Source of the DNA: Camelus dromedarius
Taxonomy: Eukaryota
Length of the DNA stretch: 64,000 bases
Reading direction: 5' to 3'
Assembly (NCBI RefSeq): GCF_036321535.1
Contig: NC_087443.1
Span: 55,118,001 to 55,182,000 of the forward strand
Shown: piece by piece, positions 28,460 through 40,340 of the stretch
Layout: every line of letters begins with the position of its first letter
How positions within the stretch are numbered: the first letter of the stretch is position 1
Notes under the pieces: generated by a model
Database searches by the model: none
What the model was told of the DNA's origin: nothing
What the model saw: the letters and a program-made list of their open reading frames with translations, nothing else
Translations under genes and position numbers: made by a program

Positions 28460-29570
28460 CCGCTCAACTCTCTTTTGTTTAATGTTAGCATGGCGTCTCT
28501 TCTGTCTTTTTACTTTTAATCTGCTATATGGTTGGATTTAAATCTACCATCTTCCTATTTGTTGTCTATTTGTCCTATCTGTTCATTGGTATTTAAATTT
28601 TTTCTATCCTCTTCCATGTAGATTTTAGAAGCACTGTATTAAGTTCCATGAAAAAAAAAAACCTGTTGGGGTTTATACTGGAGCTACATTCCTTACAAAG
28701 ATGAATTTGAGGTTGTTTGACATCTGTATGCTCTCGAGTCTTCCTATCCAGGAGTGTTGTACATAAACTTCCATTATTTCATTCTTACTTAATATCTTTT
28801 ACTAAAGTTTTATTACTCTCCGTAAAGGGGTTATATGTTTTTGTTACATTGACTCTTCAGTATTCTACATATTTTTATTGCCACTGCAAAATGCTTTTTT
28901 TAATTATTTTTTCAAATTATTATTGATTTTTCAGAAATGCAAATTACTTTTGTATATTGATTCTATATCCAGTATAGAATCTTGTTAAAAATATCTTGTT
29001 AAGTCTAAAAATGTATCTGTAATTTGGCTTTATTATGTAGACAATCATGTCTGCAAATAATTACAGTTTTGTTTGTTTTTTCCCAGTCTTATACTTTCTA
29101 TTTCTTTTTCTTTTCACCTTTATTGAGATATAAATGACAAATAAAATTGTAAGATAGTTAAACAGTGCGGTGTGACCTTGATAATCATATACATTGTGAA
29201 AGGGCTCCCTCCCGCTGAGTTAACAGCTACTTCTTATCCTATGGCACTGACTAGCACCGAAAGTACACTGCTGAATACAAGCGGTAATAATGAGCATTCT
29301 TGCTTGTTTCTAATCCTAAAGAGAATCAATTAACACTTTACCTTTAGGTATGATATTTGCTGTATCTTTTTAAAAAGATGTCTTCCTTCAAGTTAAGAGA
29401 GTTCCCATTAAATTTTTCGTTTGCTGAGTGTTCACATCACAAATGGCTGTTTAATTTTTTTTAATTCTCTTCTCCTTTTGAGATTGTCACATGATGTTTT
29501 TCTTTTGTCAGTGAAATAAGTGATGTTAAATTGATTTTCTAATATCAAATCACCCTTGAACTCCTGTCCA
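28460..29570 (-). mobile_element. Old L1 fragment interrupted by a younger L1 3' end (~29110-29240)
   Basis: L1 ORF2-like antisense motifs split by ttttcacctttattgagatataa...cattgtgaaaggg. Confidence 0.6.
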
Positions 29571-29708
29571 GCCAATAAAAATATAATGAGAACCTCCTCT
29601 GTGCTTGAGTTTCACCACCCTCTCTCGTCCACCTGTGCTTCTCCTTTAAGAACCTTAGCTTGGGGACTGTGTGAATGATGTGTAGTGATTATAACCAAGA
29701 GTTCTTAC

Positions 29709-29765
29709 CTCCACTATCCTGGGATTGTCAAAGATTTCTGAAATTTCACAAGGCCTCTCACTTTC
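29709..29765 (-). CDS. OPALIN: OPALIN exon 5
   Basis: acttag|GAA...GAG|gtaaga; 57 nt; ESERPCEISEIFDNPRIVE. Confidence 0.95.
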
Positions 29766-29849
29766 CTAAGTTGGTTAAAAAAATAAAATCAAATCAGAAA
29801 GAAGAAGAAATGAAACGTTACAGCATTTGCTCATGATCATGATTAAAAT

Positions 29850-30205
29850 CAGTGGTTCTTAAACTTGGTTACACATTAGAATCACCAGAGAGCTTTAAAA
29901 ACAAAACAAAATAAACAAGCAGATAATAACACCCCGCTCCCCCAAAAAAGACACCACTGTGAGTTACTCCAAAAACAATACAGGTTGACAGTGTAGAGAA
30001 GGGTGTGGGAAAGGAGGTGAAACAATCTGTTATATTATTCTCTACTTTAGTATATATTTAAAACTATCCATAATAAAATGTTGGGTTTAAAAAAAAAATA
30101 CCAATGCCACAGCGCTATCACCTAGAGTTTCTGATTTAACGGGTTTTAGTGGGTGGTATTTTGTAGCCTCCAAGATGATTTTAAAGTGCCTTGAAGGTTG
30201 AGAAA
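29850..30205. mobile_element. MER5-type element split by an insertion
   Basis: cagtggttcttaaacttggttacacattagaatcacc ... gatgattttaaagtgccttgaaggttgagaaac. Confidence 0.55.
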
Positions 30206-31113
30206 CTATTAAGTCAATAAATAATACCACGACCAACCACAATACTTCTTAGTATGTTTAAAGTTTACAGCTCTTCGATACATCTTTTACCCATGATCTC
30301 ATTCCATCTTTACAACTCTGCTTACCTCTTGAAGTCAGTTGGGTAGTTTTTAATGGCTTGTATTTCAGAGTTGAACTAACCCAGGTACAGGAAATGTTAA
30401 GTCACATGCCCAGGATCATATAAATCAGTGAGTGGCAGAGCCAGGGTTGGAACCTAGGTTTTCTGCTTCCCATTAACGCTTACCAGCATGAGGCCAACCA
30501 GGAATGCTTGTAAATAGAGGGTGGAATTGGAACCCAGAGTCCACATAGCACAGCTGAATCACAGCCATGGAACCTGGCTGGATATTGGTCAGGATGGCCT
30601 TTGAATTCTGAGCCTGGTTTCCAGAACAACTTGGTATTTGGAAGAGGTGGGGTCAGCAGGTTCCCTTGTGACTGCTGGGTGTTCAGATGTGAAAAGGGCA
30701 AAGCTAAACAGTCACAAACTCCTGGATGTATGTATCCCCACGACACACCTCCATGTCTGTTTGTCTCCTGGCTTTCCTCAGATTACCTCCATCCTCTTTG
30801 TGAAGCTCGTGCCCTTTGTTTCTCAAGGTTAGAAAACATACTTGCTGCACAGACGTGTTTGTCAAAGCAACAAAAGTCCCTCTCCGCTGCTGCTTTTTGT
30901 GACCCCAAATACCATCCTCAAGTGACCCGAGTGTTGTGTGACAAAAGAGCTCTGCCTAGAGGGTAATGTCATGAGTCTGAGACAGAAACTGAGGTGCAGG
31001 AACGTCTCAGGAAACAGACACTGGTCCTGACACCCTCTGCCCGAAGCCAGTTAGTTCACTGAGTACTGATTCCTGCCAACACGTCCAGACCCACAGAAGC
31101 TGCTGCTAATCAC

Positions 31114-31233
31114 CTCGGTGGACTCATGGCTGCTTCTTCGTCGGTGAATCAGAGTAAACAGCAAGGCCACCAGCAGGGCTGTGGCCACCAGGGACGGGAT
31201 GCCTGCTGCTAATCCGAGAGAGCGCCCACAGTC
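31114..31233 (-). CDS. OPALIN: OPALIN exon 4 (transmembrane segment)
   Basis: acgcag|GAC...GAG|gtgatt; 120 nt; [40 protein letters not shown]. Confidence 0.96.
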
Positions 31234-32296
31234 CTGCGTGGAGAAAACAGTCAGCTTCTCCCAGAAAAAGGAAGAGTTTAATCAATTAAAAATAAAAGAA
31301 AACAGAACCCTGCATGGACTCTGTGTCGTACACAAAATCAAAAGGGTAATAAAATACTGTGAAAAAATGTTTGCAATGTGCATGATAAATGACTCATTTT
31401 CATGGAATTTAATTTACACAATTTAAATCAATTGGAAAAAGATGATAATTCAGTAGAAAACTGGACAAAGATATGAACAGGCCATTCCTCGGAACAGAAA
31501 TACAAATGTCTCATCAGCACAGGAATAGCTGAGATACAATTCAAAGCAATAATTTGGTACCAGTTTCATCTATTCATATTAGCAAAAGTAAAAGATTTTA
31601 GTATAGCCCACACCACTTTGATATGAATTTTTAACTTTATTTACACTAAATGCATGAGCCAATTAATTTTCAAATTTCCATTTTGCTTTGATCATTTGTG
31701 GAAACAGCCATGCTTGCAGCCTCATAAAGTTTTAGGTTTGCTGATTATTTGGAAATACCAGAGATGGTCTTCAGAGTCCCTATAAATGTGCAACTGTCAT
31801 ATAATACTGGCTTCTTCGCTTTTGGGGGAGGGCAGTGATTTTATTAAAGACTAACATACATGCATAAAAGTATATAAATTATAAATATATAGTTTGATGG
31901 CTTTTCACATGATGAACCCACCCATGTGACCAGCACCCAGATGAAGAAACAGAACATTACCAGCCCTCCTGGGCTCCCTTCCAGTCACTGCATGTGTAAC
32001 CACACTCCTGAAATCCACCCCATAGATGACTTTGGTTTTCAGCATCATCTAGATGCACATAGAAAGTATGCGCTCTTTTGTGTCTAGCTTCTCTTGTTCA
32101 ACACGTTGTGAAATCATCTGCGATTCTGCATGTTCTCCCTCCCTTTTGAACTGACTTGGTGATAAGAATAATAATTGAGTCAGATTCTGTGCTTGGTGAC
32201 AGTTCACATATCCAAATTTAATCCTCAAAACAAATGCAGTCTCCCCATCCTCTAAATGACAGAACCAAGGGTCCAGAATTTAAGTGATGTACTTAC

Positions 32297-32332
32297 TGCT
32301 CTTTTCCCACTGGTAACAACTGGGGAGGGAGT
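32297..32332 (-). CDS. OPALIN: OPALIN exon 3
   Basis: cccacacag|ACT CCC TCC CCA GTT GTT ACC AGT GGG AAA AGA GCA|gtaagt; 36 nt; TPSPVVTSGKRA. Confidence 0.92.
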
Positions 32333-33369
32333 CTGTGTGGGAAAAGAAAACACATCTTAAGAAAACAAAAATCTGTAGAACTCACAAGAGACAGTCTGTC
32401 AAAGGTTAGGCTGTAACGCCAAAAGTTCGTCCCTTTACTAAACTTTCTATTAAAAACAACAGGTGACAACCACTGCCAAACAGAAACTTCCTTGATTGCT
32501 TCCCAGGTAAGAAGGGAAGAAGTTTGGTTACAAGAAGAGAGAAATCAGAAATTCGAGTGAGCTCTTCGTTATTCACCCTGTGGATTTGCCACAACGCGTT
32601 TCATAACTCAGAAAGGCTGTCTCCCGTCCCCTATGCCCCTTCCCAGCACACTTTGGGCTGGCTTGTCCCCATTGCTAGAAGGGGGAAAAATGCAAATACC
32701 AGTGGAAGCCAGGCTCTTGAAGGAGGTTTTACTTGTTTTCAAACATGCAGTGAAGCAAATGGCTTCAGCAGGTATCTGAAGTTGTGAATCACCCACACTC
32801 TTGGGATAATTCCACGTCGAACGAATACGTTACACTGACACTCAAGGCGGGGCATGGGACTTTACCCATTTATGAGATATTTAAGGTGAGTCTTATCTGG
32901 ATCAATAAATGTCAGGGCACAGAGTTCCAGGTTAGCAACTAACCTGTGAATGGAGAGATCACCATTCCATCCCAAGCCGTGAGAGCCCAGGACCCACACT
33001 CCTCACTGCTCACAGATAACCGTAAATCTAACCTGAACTTAGATGTTTGTATTCTAAACCCAGGCATCTTTCCCAGAGAGCTCCCATCAAAGGAGGGATT
33101 TGCTAACCAGGCACTGACACTTGGTACTTAAATGGTTACAGTTTTACCTAAACACAATTCCACCCCATCGCCACATTACCTTAATGCTGCATTTGCCTGA
33201 AGTGTTCTATTTCTCAGCGTGATGTGAAGAGTTGGATACTGTTTCAGGTGAAATATGTTGGCTGCAGTTTACAGAAATTCACTTGGGCTGGCTTTGCCAC
33301 CCCCCCCCCCACCGCTGCCATAATGAATTACCTTGAAGGTGGAACTTATGAGCAGTGGGAATCTGGCTT

Positions 33370-33555
33370 TTCAAGTACTTTACCTGTATCGGCTTATTTA
33401 TTCTTCACAACAGCCAGTGAAACAGAACCATAATAATCCCCATTTTACAGATGAGGAGAGTGCGGCCCAGAGAAGTGAAGTCATTTGCTTGAGGTCACAC
33501 AGCCCTAAGTGGCAGACACTGAGTGGTCTGGCTCCAGGGTTCAAGTCCTTAACCG
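33370..33555 (-). mobile_element. MIR SINE fragment
   Basis: atccccattttacagatgaggagagtg...aggtcacacagc. Confidence 0.7.
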
Positions 33556-35219
33556 TTGTGCTACAGTGCCCTGGGTGACCACATGCAGTATCCCAACCCG
33601 GTTTTTATACTTGACAGCTCAGTGTGGCCCAGCAGAGACTGACTTGCACATGTGGCCCTGTTCCCAGCTCCCTGCAGGGAGGCTCTGATGAGCTGGGTAT
33701 CCACCTTGTCCCCACTTCCCAGGGCACTGGCATTCCCCGTCATCCAGCCGCACCAGAAGGGAAGGGTTATGTGATCAGAACGTAACTGCCAGGTAGGGTG
33801 GCCAACCGTCCTGGTTTTTCAGAGAAGTTGCCCAGGTTGTAGGGCATTCAGTGCTAAAACCAGACAGTTCCAGGCAGACTGGGGTGGTCGTTGATCTCCA
33901 TAGGTTCCATGGGAGGAGGGGCAGTTCTCAGAGAAACAGGCTGTTAACCGAGAAGGTGCTCCAAAGGGTGATGACCAGCATCAGAAGGCCTCCTTCTCAC
34001 CCCACTTGCCCCATCGCCCCAAGCAGCAGCTGCTTGCTTCTCTGAGTTACTTTCATAGGTTGGGCCAAGCCAGCATCAGACAGAACCTGAGGTCTCCACA
34101 GACCTGCTGGCTTCAAGCAGCGGGGGAAAGTTCCAGCAGTTGCCATATTAAATGGTTTTGACAGGTAAGAAGAGAAAGAGGGGAATTTGTCTGCAGACAA
34201 CAGGCAGAAGCTAAAGCAGGGAGCAGAGTAAGTCAGGAAGGTTCAGAAAGCAGGGCCACACCAGGAGGGTCTGGGGACCGACGTCCAAGGCGGCCAGTGG
34301 TGGGCACTGCGAGGCCGGCAGTGAGTCATGAGCTTCTACGTTTCTGGGGCTGTCCAGAACGATGCCCCAGGTTACAGTAAACATGAACACGCACTTAGGA
34401 GTCCTCTTTCCAGGCAGATTCAGTTTATTCTCTCTGAATAATCATATGACTTTTCATAAAAATTTGGCACAGCCAAAAACTACTGAAAAACTGGGCCAAG
34501 AAAATGCCCAGTTCCATCATAGCAGCATTTCTGGTCCAAAAGCAACCCTGGCACAAGTGTTATCTCTACACAACGTGAGAACAGAAGATGGAGGATCAAT
34601 TCTGGACTGAAATTGCCCACCATCACCAACTGAAAATCTCCGTTTTGACTTGCAGCTAAATATCATAGTCTCGAGCCATAAAGTGCTCATTCTTGTTGAC
34701 CCAATAATTCCCCTGCTAGACTATATGCTAAGGAAATCAAGTTAAGTGCAGACAAGGATTTATCTATACCTATGCTTATCACAAAATCATTCCTAATCGT
34801 GATTAACCCCTTAAAGAAATAATTCACTTGGAGAAATGCCATGTGACCATCGTCAGTTATGGCTATAAAGGCTGAGGGAAAACATTTATCATCTACAATT
34901 GTAGATGTACCATGGAAAGCCATGGTACAAAGACAGCAAAGGTCAAAATTCATGTAGAGTCAGGACTGGAAGGAATGACCCCAATGTTTTCTGCTGATGG
35001 GAATTTAGGTGGGTTTTTTTTCTATTTTCCTTTTCAAAATGTGTGTAATTTTTATAGTTGAGAACATTTCTCTCAGCAGTCCTCCGACTCTTCAGAGCCT
35101 TTGAGACTGGTGTATGTCATGTGTGAGCTATGCCTGACAGCGCTGTGAAGGCACAGTGTAACCTCTGTGTCCATCTTTCTTTGCCGACTTGCCTGGTGAA
35201 TGGGCATTGCTGTACTCAC

Positions 35220-35255
35220 CGTGTTGACCGGCAGCGTGAAGTTCAGTAAAAAACT
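35220..35255 (-). CDS. OPALIN: OPALIN exon 2
   Basis: cttccag|AGT...ACG|gtgagt; 36 nt; SFLLNFTLPVNT (human SFSLNFTLPANT). Confidence 0.95.
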
Positions 35256-38200
35256 CTGGAAGAGAGATGGAAACATTAAAGCTCCGGGAATGGTCAGACT
35301 GCTCCACCAAACATCCCTGACCCTGGCGGATTCCAGGAGAATTTACTCACCCCGCAGCCTCCATCAGCCCCAGTCTCCCCTCCCAATCTTGGCCCCAAAG
35401 AGGGTGGGGGAGCATCAGAGCCTGAGGTCATGACTTCCTCCCTTAGCATCAAGGCTGCCTTGCCCTCTCTCCCAACCCAGGTCCTCACCCAGGGCCAGGG
35501 TAAGGGACCAGCCAGTGAAGCTATTGCCTGAAGGGTCCTGACTCCAAAGCCAGGCAAAAAATATTACTGGAAATTCAGCAGAGTGCTAAAATTTGGGGGT
35601 TTTTTCCCCTGGAACTTCTTTCAGGGAAGGAATGTGTGAATTTAGAAGTAATGGACCTTCTGCTTGGGGTGGGAGGTAGGACCCCCCAGGGGCTATGTTC
35701 CAACAAGAACACCTGCTCCTCAAACCACCCCACCCCGGGAGAAGAACCTGAGAAAGACAGGCTTCTGTTTTTGCTGAGTCCAGGCCAGGGGTTCCGGGCT
35801 GGAGCTGAGCTGGTCAGGATGACAGAGGAGAGGCTAGCCCTCTGTCCCCTCCCCTCACTCAGCACCCAGCCTCTCCTCTTCCTCAAATCTAGGTCAACAG
35901 TTAAAGATTATGGGCTCAATGGGCCACCAACTTGGTCGCCTGCCCAGGCACCCACTGGCCCGGGTCCGGCCCTGCCCAGAGCCTCTGGTGTCCCCTTCCC
36001 CCTCCCTGTCCACATCTTCTGTCCGTCCGGCTTGAGCTCCTGGATGCTAGTTTGTCTAGGCTGCTCTTTACCCAGTATGTTCCCTGCCAGGATGGGAAAA
36101 ATGGGTGACCTCTGCTCCAGATCAGCTGGTCACACTTCCTGCCTCTCATTCAGGGGGCTGAAGTGGTCTTGTTTCTACTTCCTGGGCCCCACCCCACCCC
36201 TTGTGTCCAGCCATCTCTGATGGGTGTCCCCTGGCTGTGCCCTCACTCAGCCCCAGCCTCCCTGGTCCCCCACGGCTTGGCTCAAACTCCAGCCCCCGAT
36301 CTTCCTGAAGCCTCCTGTCATTCTAGAAGCAATGTGTTTGCTAGGTTTTTAAATTAAGTGCTATCCAACAATGGGGAGATTGGGGAGGATTACAGAATCC
36401 AAAAGAATCATAGTATTTCAGACCTGAGGTTCCTCAAAGGTCGTCAACCTGAAAACTCTCAGTTTACAGAAGAGGAAACAGAGGCCCAAGGACTCTTCAG
36501 AAATTTATCATGGATAAATGTTAGAACTTATCTCTTAAAACAGGCTGACTGGTCCATACGACTCAAATCCAGCCTGAAAGATGGTTCTAGAGGAGATAGT
36601 CACAATAAATGCAAAATTGATGAAACACCTATTATCGCTAGCTTTCTAGAGGGTTGGAATTCAGAGGGGTTAATGAATGAGAAACTCTTTTGTGAACTGA
36701 AAAAAAATTTTAAGCACCTACAATGTACAATTTTCATTATCCCTGCCCCAGACATAATGTCTTGCAATTAAAATGACCCCAGCCAGCCAGCATGCTTCAG
36801 TGGTGACTGTTAGCAGTCTCTTAGCAACAGAGGGGACCCTCACTTTTTATAGAGAAGAAAATCAGTTCAAGAATTTGAACGCATTTCCTAAGTGCATACA
36901 ACTAGTTAGCTGTCACCAGAACCCAGGTCTTCTGGTAACAGTATCTTTCCACCACTCTACAAGCTTCCTCAGGAATCCGACAGTACCTGCAGAATAATCA
37001 GAGCCCCCAGGATCACAGCTCACTATCTTCTTCCAGGACAGTATTAGAGCAAGAGGGACATCCAGGCAACCTTAGGTCAGGGTCTTCTTGCTCAAGGGGC
37101 CTAACCACTGCCCTTCATGCTAACACCAAGCAAGCCCACAGAGGCTGCTGGGGCACTGGACGGTCACTGCATCAGACGCAGCTGCCCGGAGCCTTATCTC
37201 ATCAGTGAGTAAGGGTACTGATGTCAACAGGCCCAAGACAAAGCTTCCTTTGGGGGCACAGCAGAAGGGAGGAGCAGCAACAAGTGGGCCATTGCACGTG
37301 CTGTTTATCAACATTTGGATGACGAAGATGTTGGCCAGTTTCAGAAAGACGTTCATATTTTGTAGAAACACACTACAGTGCTCTCATGGAGAGAAAAACA
37401 TCACGTAAATGCAGGTGGAGGAGAATCTGATGCAGTGTCCTTCAGAGAGGCAGCTGGGTGGAGTGAGGCAGTCCTGGGCTTGGCGTCCCCTGATCTGGAT
37501 TCACATCCAGACTCAGCCACTTAGCAGCTGTGCGGCCTGGCAAACTCTCTGGTCTCCATTTCCTCACAACAAATCTATTCTTCCAGACACAGTTTTTCCA
37601 CCCTCAAAATGGGGATACTATTAACTTGCCCTGCCCAACTCACGGGATAAACCCAATGGAAATAACATTTGTGGCAGCTCTTTCCAAACGAGGAATACTC
37701 TGGGTGTGCAGGGATCACGGAGTGTTGTATTCTTCAAGGCCTGGCCAGAGGGACGCAGAAGGAAGGCACTGGGAAGTTCTTGTTGGGTGGAATTGCCGAC
37801 CTGGATTAGCAACACTCAAGGTACTGGAATTTGGTACAAGACACACATCGCTAGTCTGAGCACTGTGTGGTATCTACATACCGGTCCTGAAGGCACATTA
37901 GGGTCTCAGTGGCTGAGCGTCACTCATTATGACTCTGCTCTTTGTGATGGGGAGGAGGGAGAGGTGGGATGACTACCACTGTTATCGCGGGCACGCCGTG
38001 CATCAGACACTGCACACATAACCTGACCATAAGAGGAGCACTCCCATCCCTACGTCGGGGTGAGCAGACTGAGACCAAGACAGGTTTCTCAAGGTCCCCA
38101 GCTGGCAAGTGATAGATGCTGGGTTAGGTCACAGAGCTTCCTAACTCCAAAGCCTGAATTCAGCTCCTTTTAATGATCTCTTTAATAAAGGAATCACAGA

Positions 38201-38679
38201 AGCTGTAGTACAGTTTCATATGAAGTAGCCCCTTCTAACTTAGCAAACTTCATTTGATTGAGTCACAGCCAAACATGGATCACAAGTCAGTAAGAAAGGT
38301 GGACAGTTTCCGATGCAGCTTATAAACATCTCTGTTGCTGAGCACTTAGCAGAAGGCAGACTGAAAAAAATGATTGGACCCACTGGTCCAGCCGGGAAAC
38401 GAATTTAGCTGAAACATCTATTTTGTACTCTTGTAAGTGGGGTTTTAAAAAGAAAACTTGAATATTAAAATATAAGATAGGATCAGCAAATGTCAGGTGA
38501 GAATTTTTTTAATGGTTAGTATTTTGCACATAATAGTTAAAAACCAAGCCCCTTGACTTCTTTGCACTGAGGGTACAATTATACTTGAATCAGGAGATAT
38601 GAGCTTTAAAAGCCTCAGAATTGTTTTTGAAAGAGAGAAATGAAGGTTAGGCAGAGAAAAGACGCTGGCTCTCACTCAC

Positions 38680-38682
38680 CAT
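38680..38682 (-). CDS. OPALIN: OPALIN exon 1 coding part (ATG only)
   Basis: minus strand GGTCGGAA ATG|gtgagt; ATG-only first coding exon, ~3.4 kb from exon 2, as in the orthologues. Confidence 0.85.
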
Positions 38683-38840
38683 TTCCGACCACCTCCCAAG
38701 AATCTTCTCCAGCTACTGCCCCTGGCAAGCTCCTCTCTTGCTGGTGTTACTGGTTTGTGTCTTGCATTTGCGGGAACATTCAGCTGGGACAGCAAGGGTG
38801 ACAGGGCAAGAGGTGGCTCCAAGAGAGCCCTGGCCAAGCC

Positions 38841-38846
38841 ATTTAT
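38841..38846 (-). promoter_or_regulatory. OPALIN: Candidate OPALIN TATA-like element (ATAAAT), implied TSS near 38815
   Basis: minus strand ccATAAATgg ~160 nt upstream of the ATG; SOX-type AACAATG at 39064-39070. Confidence 0.4.
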
Positions 38847-39479
38847 GGTCAGGGGAGTCGCCAAGTCCTCGGCCCATCCCTCGGGGGAGACGGTCCCCTA
38901 CTTCACGGCCATCGTGGAAGGCCTGGGTCATCCACTCTCTTTGCCTTCATTTTCTGTCCTTTTCACTTTTTCAAGCCCCTTCCTTGGTTACACTTTCATT
39001 CCAGTGAAGAACCCACAGCTGGCCCGAGAGCTTGGCAGCTTCTGCAGCCAGCAACTCTTTAGAAACAATGGGTTACACAGGCTGAGTGAGGCGGTCACTC
39101 CATCCCAGCTGCCAGGCAGCGGCGTTGACCACTGTCCCAGCAACGATGGAGTCAACACATCACCAGCGTCAGTGCAGGGGGTGCCTGGGGGCTGGCGCTG
39201 GAGCCCGCTCTGTGAGGCATGGCTGCAGCAGCCACAGTGAACACACACCCTAGTCCCCGGCCAGTGAGCTGCCTGGTGGTGAGTTCAGCCTTACCCCCTC
39301 TCTGTTCTCACGTTTTGAGCAGGAGCCTCGTGGAGCTGGAGGAAGCCACTGATGTGGGCTGCCTTATCTTTCTCATGAGTTCTCCGTGAGGAGTTTGCTT
39401 CTTTAAAACGGTGAAGGAGTTGGAGTCTCATGTCAATAAAACAACACGGTTAAAACCAATAATTTGGTCCTTTCAATGA

Positions 39480-40340
39480 GTGCATTCATTCACTTACTCA
39501 ACAAATCTTTTTAACACCTTCTAAATGCCAAGTATTATTCTGGGTACAGGGATGAGGGCAAATGAGGCCCCAACTCTTAGAGTATGTATGTTCCAGCGAG
39601 GGCAGATGGACAACAATCAGAACAAGCAAAAATCACGCTGGAGGACAAGTGGGGTGCAAGGGGAGGGTGACTGGAGTGACTGGGAGGCAGTTGCTTTAGC
39701 TGTCTCAGAGAGATGACATTTAGGATGCACGTGAAAGATGAGAAGAGGGTCCCAGGCAGAGGGAACAGCAAATGCAAAGTCCTGGGGCTGAAGCATGCTT
39801 GGCGTGCTGGGACCAGAAGGAGGCCAGCGTGCCCATAGCAACATAAACCGGGGAGGAACCTGGAAGTGGTTAAAGACAGAGTGAGTCAGGGGTCCGGTGA
39901 TGTGAGCACGGGAAGATTTCCGTCTTAGAGCAATGGAAAGACTTGCAGGGGTTTTTGAGTGGGAGAGGGGCATGATCGAACTGATGCTGATGAAGATTAT
40001 TCGGCTTCTCTGTATAGCCTGGATTACAGGGGACATGAATGTTCACCTGCAGACTGGTGAGCTGGCTTCCCTGGGATGGGGCAGTAGCAATGGAAGGCAG
40101 TGAATGGGTTTGTGGCTTATTGTGGAGGTAGAGGCAGTGAGACTTGATGATAGAAAAAAAAATGTGGGTCAGGGAGGGGAGAGAAGGGGAGGGAAAGTGC
40201 ATGATGACGCTGACTCCTGGGTTTGGGGCTTGACTGACAGGGGATGGAGGCAGCATCTGTTAGGCAGGTGATCCTGGAAAATGCAGTGTGGGGATCCAGG
40301 CACGGGGTTGCTATACTGAACAAGACCAGCGTGGTCTCCG
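39480..40340 (-). mobile_element. L2 LINE fragment
   Basis: starts attcattcacttactcaacaaat; antisense L2 motifs (gagggaacagcaaatgcaaagtcctgggg, gccagcgtg). Confidence 0.75.

Noticed and set aside
32491-32523. Apparent decayed OPALIN exon 3 (TSSLLTWEAIK with broken splice sites), suggesting exon loss
   Set aside because: An intact exon 3 with canonical sites is present at 32297-32332
35636-36220. 194-aa plus-strand ORF in OPALIN intron 1 (likewise 51039-51692 and 12665-13141)
   Set aside because: Low-complexity translation without homology cues; the length is expected in GC-rich, stop-poor DNA
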